Below are positions 1-8,258 of a stretch of 26,958 nt of DNA, in pieces. Below the pieces are notes generated by a model. The model searched no databases. It saw only the letters and a list, made by a program, of their open reading frames with translations, and was not told the origin of the DNA. How positions within the stretch are numbered: position 1 is the first letter of the stretch; each line of letters begins with the position of its first letter. Made by a program: the position numbers and the translations under genes. Origin of the DNA: a virus (taxonomy: Duplodnaviria; Caudoviricetes); IMG/VR virus record IMGVR_UViG_3300048998_000030, positions 1-26,958 of that record. One strand, 5' to 3'.

Positions 1-180
1 TTGCCCCTATCCGTGCAGGTAGACACGCTGCAAGCGATCTTTGCCGCGTCTGTCCGCACGGAGGCAGAGGTGAAAAAGTTGGGGGAGTTCTTCCAGAACC
101 TCGTGAAGATGGGGCTGATAATGAGGTCCAAGTGGATCGCTCTCTCGCAGGGTGGGTCTGGAGTATCCGCAAGCGGGTAA
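1..180 (+). CDS. Tail assembly chaperone, C-terminal part (5' truncated by window)
   Basis: Frame 1 is open from base 1: LPLSVQVDTLQAIFAASVRTEAEVKKLGEFFQNLVKMG...SASG, stop TAA at 178-180. It lies directly upstream of the tape measure gene. Not in the ORF track; I translated it by hand. Confidence 0.7.
   Translation: MPLSVQVDTLQAIFAASVRTEAEVKKLGEFFQNLVKMGLIMRSKWIALSQGGSGVSASG
72..78 (+). other. Candidate -1 ribosomal slippery site G AAA AAG
   Basis: In-frame GTG AAA AAG at 70-78. A -1 slip enters the frame of ORF 132-443 with no intervening stop. Confidence 0.5.
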
Positions 181-443
181 ATCTTCTGTTGGATCACGGG
201 CATCCTGATGCCCGTGCATACCCTCTCGGGATGGTATGGGACGAAGCCAACATGGTAACTGAACGTCTGAACAATCGCATGGTCACTGAGTCGGTGCTGA
301 TGCAGAAAGTCATCACGGCAGTTCTCACCGGCAAGACAGGGTACGCGGATCTCCGCAAGACGCAGACGAGTTTGAATATTGAGACGGTCCCTCACGCCAC
401 CGTCGAGGGGCGAACTGAGGGACAAGTGAATGGCAAGCCGTGA
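132..443 (+). CDS. Tail assembly chaperone extension (gpT-like), probably made as a -1 frameshift fusion with the upstream ORF
   Basis: LLLDHGHPDARAYPLG motif typical of pre-tape-measure ORFs. Sits in the -1 frame relative to ORF 1-180, is open upstream of 132 and overlaps the TMP start. Confidence 0.7.
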   Translation: MDRSLAGWVWSIRKRVNLLLDHGHPDARAYPLGMVWDEANMVTERLNNRMVTESVLMQKVITAVLTGKTGYADLRKTQTSLNIETVPHATVEGRTEGQVNGKP

Positions 444-3400
444 CGTAAACCTAGTCATTAAGGCGACTGACGACTCCAGCAAAACCGTCGAAGCGATCGT
501 CAAAGCCCTTAACGACTTTACGTCCGGCTTGGATGCCACCGCTAAGAAGGCAGAGAAGGGCACCAGCGGTTTCGAGCTGCTGGGCAAATCCCTCTCCGGG
601 ATCGACAAGGTTCTGCGCGGCATGTCCGACGCAGACCGTCTCGCCCAAAGCCTCGATCGCGCCAGCAAGGGCGCATCCGATCTTTCCAACGCAGCAGACA
701 AGGCCGGCTCCGAAGTCACGCGGCTCGGGGAAGCCGTCAAGGCTGCCGGCGAGGGCACGGCCAAGTTCAAGTCCGAGCTGGCCGGCGTCGAAGCCGCGAT
801 CAACAAAGAGAAGACCGCGCTCGATGCCAGTGTCGCTTCCCATAAGAAGCTGAACACCGCCTACGTCGAGGGCAAGGCCGCTCGTGCGCAGCTCGAAACG
901 CAGGAAGCGAACCTCACCAAGACGCTCGCAACGCAGGAAGAGCGTCTTGCCAAGCAGGCTGCCAAGGTCGAAGCGCTGTCGGCCGCGTTCGCGTCCACGG
1001 AGACGCCCACGAAGCGCCTGACGACGCAGCTTGATACGGCCACCCTGTCGGCGCAGAAGACCGCCAACGCGATCAATGAGACGAAGCTGGCGCTCGCTTC
1101 CACGAAGGAACAGATCTCTGCTGCCGGCACGGCTGAAGCTGAGTACGCGGCGCAGGTCGCGGCCTCGGAAGCCTCGATCATCGCGCAGCGGCAGAACATC
1201 TCTCAGCTCACCGACGCTCGCAAGACGGCCACCACGACGGCCCGGCAGGCGGCTGCGGCTGAAGCGGCGCTGGTCAAGGAATATACCGGCGCGCAGGACG
1301 CCTTTGCCGGTGCCACGACAGGGGCCACGGAAGCCGGCGAAGCGCTGAACCGTCTCCATGCCAACATTGAGGCTGGCCGCGCTGCGTTTGCGGATCTCGC
1401 CAAGGCCGCGCAGGGACCGTTGAACGACGCGCTCCGTGCGCAGCAGTCGGTGGTCTCCAAACTGAACAACGAATATCAGGCGAACCGGAAGTCGCTTGCG
1501 GATCTGTCGGCGCTGATGGGCGCAGTCGGCGTGCCCACCCGCGAGATGTCCGAGCAGTACGACAAGCTCAATCAGACAAGCGCCACGGTCGCCACCAACT
1601 TCAAACAGCAGAGTGACGTGCTGCGGACGCTGCGCGGGGAACTCACCAACACCGCGACCACGACGGCTGAGCTGGCTGCCAAGGAACAGCTCTTCGCGTC
1701 GTCGCTCGATGCCGGCACGCGGGCGCTGTCGGCGTCCCGTCAGATCGTCGCGCAGGCGGCAGGCGAAACGCAAAAGCTGGTAGCCGCCAACGGCAATGCT
1801 GGCGTGTCTTTCAGCCAGATCGCCAAGGGCGCGAAGGAAGCAGCACAAGCCACGCAGGAGCTGGCCGAGAAGACCGACGAGTCGTCGGAGGCATACAAGC
1901 GAGCCGCCAACTCTTCCCGCGAAACCCTGTCGTTCACGCAGCGACTGAAGGGTGAAGTCCTCGGACTGATCGTGGCCTATACCGGCTTTCAGGGTGTCAT
2001 CGATATCCTGTCGAAGACGGTGGACGCCTACAAGACGCTGGAAGCCGCAACGTCTCGACTGAACGCGCTGCACGGTGGCGATCAGGCGCTGGTGGCATCG
2101 GATCTCGATTTCACCCGGCGAGCTGCCGATCGGCTCGGCATCCAGTTCGGCGCGCTGGCCGACGAGTACACCAAGTTCGCCGCGTCCACCAAGGGCACGG
2201 TGATCGAGGGCCAGAAGACCCGCGACATCTTCCTGTCGATCGCGCAAGCCGGTCGAGTCAACAAGCTCTCTCTGGAAGACATGAAAGGGATCTTCCTCGC
2301 CGTCACGCAGATAGCGTCCAAAGGACGTTTTCAAATGGAAGAGCTTTCGGGCCAGCTCGGTGACAGGCTCCCAGGAGCCCTGAACATTCTGGCTGACGGG
2401 CTGGGCATCACGGTCGCAGAACTCAACAAGCTGACGAAAGCCGGGGCAGTCTCGTCTGACAAGCTGGTGCAGTTCGCTGAAGAGCTGGACAAGCGTTACG
2501 GCGGTGCGCTGGCCGCTTCGCTGACGACCACGACCACCGCGCTCGGCATGCTCCAGAACGCCACGTTCGAAGCGCTCGTGCAGTTCGGCAAGGGCGGCTT
2601 TATCGAGGGCTTCACGGATCTGATCCGCAAGCTGACGGAGGTTCTGAAATCCGCGGACTTCCTCACCTTCGCGCAGAACGCCAGCTCCGGGTTTGGTATC
2701 CTCGCCAAGGCCATCGGCATCGCTGTCGACAACTTCCGTCTGCTGGCGGCGGTCGCGGGCGGCTTTGCCACGCTGAAGCTGGTGCCGATCTTTCTGGAAT
2801 GGGGCCGGGCTATCGCGGGTGTCTCGGCCGCTACCACGGGCGTAGCCGGTACGCTCCAGCGGGTTTCCAGCACAGTCGCACCGCTGGAGGCTGCGGCAGG
2901 CGGCGCAGCTCGTGGCGTCGGTCTGCTGGCGACTGCGTTGCGTCTGGTCACGTCGTCCACCGGCATCGGCCTGATCATCACGGCGATCGGCACGGGCATC
3001 GCCTATTGGGCGACAGCTACCAGCGACTCCACCAGCGCGTTCGTAGACAGCCAGCGCGTTCTCGATCAGCTCAAGAACTCCTACGATGCTGTCGGCGGCT
3101 CGGTAAAAGAGTGGGCCAAGTCGGTTGACGATGTCACCAAGGCGCAGACGGCGCAGGCGCTGGCTGAAGCGCAGACTGCTTTGGCTGCCGGCAAGAAAGC
3201 AGCGCAGGCAACCACCACCTCGCAATTGCAAATGGCTACGTCGGCCACACGGTCGCTCGGACAAGATCCGGGCTTCATCCAGCAAGCAAAGGAACTCTTG
3301 CAGCTTCAGGAGCTGTTCGAGCAGGACGCGGTATCTGCGGATCTCTACAAAGACGCGCTGGGGAACTTGCGCGACGAAGCGGTGCGCCCGGAGATAGCGT

Positions 3401-5748
3401 CCATCGCGCAGTCTATGATCAACAACGCGGAAGCTACGCAGACGCAGCAGACCGCCGTTGATAACCTGAAGCTTGCGTGGGTCGCCCTGAACGGCACCGA
3501 AGAAGAACGCAAAGCTGCGATGGATCAGCTCACGGGCAGGACCGCCGCTAACACCAAAGTCGTTGACGACGGCACGGTGCAGAACGAAGCCTACCAGAAG
3601 GTTCTCGAAAAGATCCAGAAGACGGCACCGCTGATCGGTGAAGCCTTTGACGATCTGAAAGAGCATCTGCTGCTCGATGAAGCGTACAACAGCGCGATCA
3701 AATACGCCAAGACCATGGGCGACGTGCTGCGGCTGACGAAGCAGTACAACGACACCCTTGCGGGCATGACGGCCAAGAGCGCCGACAAGATCTTCGGTAG
3801 CGCTTCCACCGGGCTCGATGCTTCGCGTGCGCTTATCCGCGATCGTGAACGCTTCTCCGGAACGGCCTATCAGGACACCGAAGGCTCGGACAACCATCCG
3901 GGAAAATTCCGTGCGGGCTTCGGCTCGGACACAGTGACGCTGTCGGACGGCTCCGTTCATCAGGTCACGGAAGGCATGACGGTTACGCTGGAGGACGCGA
4001 ACCGAGATCTCGATCGCCGCATCGGTGAGTACACCAACACGCTCAAAGAGACCGTTGGTGCCGGCAAGTTCGACTCGCTGACAGCGCAGCAGCAAGCCTC
4101 ACTGAACTCGCTTGTCCACAACTACGGAACGCTCCCCAAGGACATCGCGGAAGCTGTCAAGTCGGGCAGCAACGACGATATCGCGAACGCCATCCTGCAC
4201 CATCAGGGTGACAACGAAGGGATCAACTCCCAGCGCAGGGCCATCGAAGCCTCGCCGTTCCAGACGGACGACACGGAGAAGCAGAGCAAGCGTATCGATC
4301 AGGCGTTCGACAAGCAGACGAAGCTCAACGAAGCCTCGCAGGCTGAGACGGACAGCATCGCGGCAAAGGCAGCCGCGCAGGACGAAGCCAATGACGGTCT
4401 GACGAAGGAAGCCTTTATCGATAAGGGCATTGCGGACCTAATGAGGCAGAACAAGGACGCGTCTGCCGATGTCATCGCCAAGCGCCGGGAAGCCCTCGGG
4501 CTTGCCTATGACGCCAAGCAAGTCGGCAAGGACGCGTTGAAGGATGTCAAGGACGCAGCCGGCGCGGAAGCGGTGGTCAACGCGAAGATGTCCGAGCGCA
4601 ACGCGTTGCAGGCTCAATTCAAGCAGCAGACGGCGACAGGTGACACCGCAGGAGCGGCCGAGACCCAAACCAAGATCACGAGCCTCAACAGCACGATCCA
4701 GCAGTCTATCGACAAGGCCCGCGAGTTCTACAACGCGCTGGACGACGGCGACAAGAAGACGGCCGGCCTTGCTCGACTCGATGCACTTCAGACGAAGCTC
4801 GGGCTGGTAGCCGGTGCCACCAACAAGGCGACGGAAGCCAACAAAAATGCCAGCGTGGCATCGGAGAATGTCAACGCGCTGCTGGCGAAGCGCTCGGCGC
4901 TGGAAGGCCAGCTCTCCGGACAGCTCAAGGCCGGCGACGTGTCCGGTGCCACAAGCACCAAGAGCGCGATCACGGATCTCAATTCCGAGATCATCAAAGC
5001 GATCGATAATGCGGAAGCCATGTGGAAAGCGATTGGCGGGCCGGCTGCGGACGCCGCGATCACACGACTGGAAGCCGCCCGGATCAAGGCGCAGGACTTC
5101 AAGGCGGAAGCCAAGCAGACGCTCGTGGACTGGACGAAGGTGGGCGAGCAGTTCGCTGGCGGCTTGACGGATGCTGTCGGCAACTTCTTTGAGCAGGTCG
5201 CTGAAGGCACGCCGATCGGAGAGGCTGCCCGTGACGCGTTCCTCAAGTTCGCCTCGGACTTCCTGATCTCGATCGGCAAGATGATCCTGCAACAGGAGCT
5301 GCTGAACCTTGTCCGATCGTTCGGCGGTGTGTTCTCTCAGGTGGGTCTCGGCGCGGCTGTCCTGCACGGCGGCGGCACGGTGGGCGCTACAGCATCCAGC
5401 ACCAACACTGGCGGCAGGAATGTCTCGGCCGGCCTCTTTGCTGGAGCCCCACGGTTCCATGACGGCGGTCTGCCTGGACTCAAGCCCGGCGAAGTTCCGG
5501 CCATCCTGAAGACCGGCGAGGAAGTGCTGAAGGGCAACGACCCGCGCAATATCCTGAACGGTGGAGCTGCTGCTTCCGGCCAGCAGCAAGCAGCGGGCGG
5601 TGGACCGTTGCAGGTTCGCATCGTCAATAGCTTTGACACGGCCGATGTCGTCAGCCAAGGCTTGGCAACGGTGCCGGGTGAGCAGGCGATCATGAACGTG
5701 ATCAAGACGAACCGCTCGGCTATCCGCGACCTCGTGAATAACGGTTAA
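430..5748 (+). CDS. Tail tape measure protein with internal lysozyme-like domain
   Basis: 1772 aa, Ala-rich helical. Tape-measure core (DLDFTRRAADRLGIQFGAL...MEELSGQLGDRLPGA), hydrophobic central segments and C-terminal FHDGG...GEVPAILKTGEEVL motif. Confidence 0.95.
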   Translation: MASRDVNLVIKATDDSSKTVEAIVKALNDFTSGLDATAKKAEKGTSGFELLGKSLSGIDKVLRGMSDADRLAQSLDRASKGASDLSNAADKAGSEVTRLGEAVKAAGEGTAKFKSELAGVEAAINKEKTALDASVASHKKLNTAYVEGKAARAQLETQEANLTKTLATQEERLAKQAAKVEALSAAFASTETPTKRLTTQLDTATLSAQKTANAINETKLALASTKEQISAAGTAEAEYAAQVAASEASIIAQRQNISQLTDARKTATTTARQAAAAEAALVKEYTGAQDAFAGATTGATEAGEALNRLHANIEAGRAAFADLAKAAQGPLNDALRAQQSVVSKLNNEYQANRKSLADLSALMGAVGVPTREMSEQYDKLNQTSATVATNFKQQSDVLRTLRGELTNTATTTAELAAKEQLFASSLDAGTRALSASRQIVAQAAGETQKLVAANGNAGVSFSQIAKGAKEAAQATQELAEKTDESSEAYKRAANSSRETLSFTQRLKGEVLGLIVAYTGFQGVIDILSKTVDAYKTLEAATSRLNALHGGDQALVASDLDFTRRAADRLGIQFGALADEYTKFAASTKGTVIEGQKTRDIFLSIAQAGRVNKLSLEDMKGIFLAVTQIASKGRFQMEELSGQLGDRLPGALNILADGLGITVAELNKLTKAGAVSSDKLVQFAEELDKRYGGALAASLTTTTTALGMLQNATFEALVQFGKGGFIEGFTDLIRKLTEVLKSADFLTFAQNASSGFGILAKAIGIAVDNFRLLAAVAGGFATLKLVPIFLEWGRAIAGVSAATTGVAGTLQRVSSTVAPLEAAAGGAARGVGLLATALRLVTSSTGIGLIITAIGTGIAYWATATSDSTSAFVDSQRVLDQLKNSYDAVGGSVKEWAKSVDDVTKAQTAQALAEAQTALAAGKKAAQATTTSQLQMATSATRSLGQDPGFIQQAKELLQLQELFEQDAVSADLYKDALGNLRDEAVRPEIASIAQSMINNAEATQTQQTAVDNLKLAWVALNGTEEERKAAMDQLTGRTAANTKVVDDGTVQNEAYQKVLEKIQKTAPLIGEAFDDLKEHLLLDEAYNSAIKYAKTMGDVLRLTKQYNDTLAGMTAKSADKIFGSASTGLDASRALIRDRERFSGTAYQDTEGSDNHPGKFRAGFGSDTVTLSDGSVHQVTEGMTVTLEDANRDLDRRIGEYTNTLKETVGAGKFDSLTAQQQASLNSLVHNYGTLPKDIAEAVKSGSNDDIANAILHHQGDNEGINSQRRAIEASPFQTDDTEKQSKRIDQAFDKQTKLNEASQAETDSIAAKAAAQDEANDGLTKEAFIDKGIADLMRQNKDASADVIAKRREALGLAYDAKQVGKDALKDVKDAAGAEAVVNAKMSERNALQAQFKQQTATGDTAGAAETQTKITSLNSTIQQSIDKAREFYNALDDGDKKTAGLARLDALQTKLGLVAGATNKATEANKNASVASENVNALLAKRSALEGQLSGQLKAGDVSGATSTKSAITDLNSEIIKAIDNAEAMWKAIGGPAADAAITRLEAARIKAQDFKAEAKQTLVDWTKVGEQFAGGLTDAVGNFFEQVAEGTPIGEAARDAFLKFASDFLISIGKMILQQELLNLVRSFGGVFSQVGLGAAVLHGGGTVGATASSTNTGGRNVSAGLFAGAPRFHDGGLPGLKPGEVPAILKTGEEVLKGNDPRNILNGGAAASGQQQAAGGGPLQVRIVNSFDTADVVSQGLATVPGEQAIMNVIKTNRSAIRDLVNNG

Positions 5749-5751
5749 CCG

Positions 5752-6999
5752 ATGACGATCAATCCCGACAAAAACCTAGTCTACTCCAACGTCAATCCGG
5801 TGGGCGTGCAGCCCTACCGGATCTGGCCGTTGCGGCACAATTGGGCGAACTCGCTCCGGATGTCGCTGGAGTTCAAGACTGACATGCTGGTGTCCGGCAA
5901 CGGCAAAGAGCAGCGGCGTGCCGTGCGGGCAAACCCGCGCCAGTCGTTCGAGATGAACTGCAACTACTCGGGCAACGAAAAGTTCTACATGGACCGGTTC
6001 TTCGATCAGTCGCCGGCCAAGCTCGCGATCTTCCCGGTGCCCCATAAGTCCGTCAAGGGCGTGGACGGCATGGAGCCCGAGACCTACACGATGAAGTACC
6101 GTGGCGGCATCCGTGACTGGATGCACATCGGTATGATGGTGCTGATTACCGAGAAGGGCGCGGCAGAGACCCGGTACGTCTCTGGCTTTTCGAGTACACA
6201 GATGACGTTCACCCAAATGAGCATCACGCAGTTCACCAAGGACGCGGTGATCAGCCTCGCCTCGGCCGGTCGCATCGATCCAGATCCACAGTCGACTCGC
6301 CTCACTGCGGCAGCCGGCACGATCAGCATTGTCGCCACGACAAACCCCGGCTGGGACACCTATGTTCCCGGCACGCAGGATCAGTATTTCGTGGGCTTCC
6401 GCGAGTACCTGAACTACAAGACCGATTGGGGCCAGAGCCCGGCCGTGACGCACACGTGGACCCGCGACGATCTCGACTACGGCTACGGTGCGATCGAGAC
6501 CTACGTGCCGTTCGCCTATCCGTCACGCGGTACGAAGGTCAACTTCTGGCGCAAGGGCTATGACGAGTCGATGTCCATGATCGATTTCTTCTGCCGTATG
6601 CGCGGCCAGAACCGCGAGTTCCTGTTCCCTTCCTACGAGCGCCAGATCCCCTACTACGCGGCGGCTTCCCTCCAGAAGTCGATCCTGATCCACGGGCTGG
6701 ATTTCGCCTACACCTATCAGGACACGACGGTCTACAAGCGCATCCTGATCCGCAAAAAGGACGGGACAGAGATCCATGCCCAAGTTGACTTCATCCAAGC
6801 CTTGCCTGATACCAACACCTCAGTCATCTGGCTGACGGAAGAGCTGCCTGACACGCCTCTCGCACCAAACGATGTCTTCGGGATCTGGTGGGTCACGGTT
6901 GCCCGGTTCGGCACCGACCGCCTCGATATCGATTGGCTTACGGATGAGGTTGCTCAGTTCGCCTTCTCGGTGCAGAACTTGGAGAACTTCGACATATGA
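5752..6999 (+). CDS. Distal tail (Dit-like) virion protein
   Basis: Follows the TMP. HNW...LEFKTDMLVSGNGKEQRRAVRANPR motif and FFCRMRGQNREF typical of distal-tail proteins. Confidence 0.75.
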   Translation: MTINPDKNLVYSNVNPVGVQPYRIWPLRHNWANSLRMSLEFKTDMLVSGNGKEQRRAVRANPRQSFEMNCNYSGNEKFYMDRFFDQSPAKLAIFPVPHKSVKGVDGMEPETYTMKYRGGIRDWMHIGMMVLITEKGAAETRYVSGFSSTQMTFTQMSITQFTKDAVISLASAGRIDPDPQSTRLTAAAGTISIVATTNPGWDTYVPGTQDQYFVGFREYLNYKTDWGQSPAVTHTWTRDDLDYGYGAIETYVPFAYPSRGTKVNFWRKGYDESMSMIDFFCRMRGQNREFLFPSYERQIPYYAAASLQKSILIHGLDFAYTYQDTTVYKRILIRKKDGTEIHAQVDFIQALPDTNTSVIWLTEELPDTPLAPNDVFGIWWVTVARFGTDRLDIDWLTDEVAQFAFSVQNLENFDI

Positions 7000-7823
7000 G
7001 CTTTCAGGGATACGATCAGGATCAGGAACTCGGCGCACCGGTTGACCTATTCCAGTTCGTTATGAGCCCCACCCTTTCCTACTTCTATTGCTCGGCCGAC
7101 GCGGATCTGACGATCGGCGGCGTGGTCTACAAAGCGGTCCCGGTCCAGCGCCAGACGATCAAGACAAGCGGCAAGTTCGAGAAGACGAACCTTGAGATCC
7201 GCGTGCCCGTCACCACGGATCTGGCCGGGATCTTCCTGCCATACCCGCCACCGAACGTCGTGCGCGTCATCGTCCGGCAAGTCCATCTGACAGACCCGGA
7301 TCTGCAAGCGCTGGCGGTTTGGGCCGGCCGCGTGATCAGCTCGGCACGGGCAAACCATGAAGCGGTCCTGACGTGCGACAGCACGGTCCTGTCGTTCAAG
7401 CGGCCGGGGCTCAACCGGTTCTACCAGCACGGCTGCGGCCTGCTCCTGTACGGCTCGCTCTGCCGGGCAGACAAGGGATCGCACCAAGTCACGTTCAAGC
7501 CTGTCTCGATCACCGACGACGCGCTGCTGATCTTCCCGGCGAACTGGTGGCTGCCGTGGACTCACGCGAACTTCCGTGGCGGCACGATCGAGTGGACAAG
7601 TTCGCTCGGCACGGAGACCCGGACAATCATCGCCTCGGAGGAAGCCTACATCAAAGTCGGTGGACCGTTGCGCGACGTGACGACGGACACGGAGCTGACG
7701 CTGGCGCTCGGTTGCGCCCATGACATGGACGACTGCCGCAACGTCTTCAACAACATCCTGAACTACGGCGGGCAGCCGTGGATACCGTTCAAGAACCCTA
7801 CCAAGCAACACCCCTTCTGGTGA
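6996..7823 (+). CDS. Baseplate hub protein, DUF2163/BR0599 family (lambda gpL-like, Cys cluster)
   Basis: HGC...LYGSLC and GCAHDMDDCRNVFNNILNYGGQPWIP motifs; ATGA overlap with the upstream gene. Confidence 0.9.
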   Translation: MSFQGYDQDQELGAPVDLFQFVMSPTLSYFYCSADADLTIGGVVYKAVPVQRQTIKTSGKFEKTNLEIRVPVTTDLAGIFLPYPPPNVVRVIVRQVHLTDPDLQALAVWAGRVISSARANHEAVLTCDSTVLSFKRPGLNRFYQHGCGLLLYGSLCRADKGSHQVTFKPVSITDDALLIFPANWWLPWTHANFRGGTIEWTSSLGTETRTIIASEEAYIKVGGPLRDVTTDTELTLALGCAHDMDDCRNVFNNILNYGGQPWIPFKNPTKQHPFW

Positions 7824-7827
7824 CAGC

Positions 7828-8058
7828 ATGATTATTGGAATTATCATTGCGCTCGTGCTGATGATCATCGGGTACTTCCTGATGCCGAAGCCGAAGGCCG
7901 CGACACCGGATGCCGTCCAGCAGTTGGAAGCGCCGACCGCTGACGCCGGCATACCGTGGGCTGTCATGTTCGGGGATATGACTTTGAAGTCGCCAAACTT
8001 CCTCTGGTATGGCGACATCCGCAACGTCCGCAAAAAGAAGAAGAGCAAAAAGAAGTGA
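7828..8058 (+). CDS. Small tail-tip assembly protein
   Basis: Hydrophobic N-terminus then PTADAGIPWAVMFG...SPNFLWYGD, conserved between hub and tip genes in this tail type. Confidence 0.8.
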   Translation: MIIGIIIALVLMIIGYFLMPKPKAATPDAVQQLEAPTADAGIPWAVMFGDMTLKSPNFLWYGDIRNVRKKKKSKKK

Positions 8059-8258
8059 GCGAAGATCCTATCACGCTGGCCGACACCAAACGCGCCGGGC
8101 TCTGCATCAAAGGCATGCGCGAGTTCATCGAGAAGGACGGCGTCAACTTCAAGGATTTCGCCCGGAACGGCATCCCGGTGGAAACTGCCAGAGCCATCCC
8201 CGGCTGGGGCGCGATGGTCGATCACGTGCTGAAGACAAGGGAAGATCGCCGTGGGTAA
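8055..8258 (+). CDS. Small conserved tail assembly protein (67 aa)
   Basis: Start reassigned to GTG 8055, a GTGA overlap with the upstream stop. GLCIKGMREF...FKDFARNGIP motif; syntenic position. Confidence 0.75.
   Translation: MSEDPITLADTKRAGLCIKGMREFIEKDGVNFKDFARNGIPVETARAIPGWGAMVDHVLKTREDRRG

Noticed and set aside
451-4095. 1214-aa antisense ORF (and 4438-5658) opposite the tape measure gene
   Set aside because: Codon-aligned shadow of a GC-rich gene that rarely uses TTA/CTA/TCA; Arg/Leu-rich translation with no motifs.
7828-8058. 76-aa hydrophobic protein as a holin
   Set aside because: Its motif and position between hub and tip genes match a tail-tip component.
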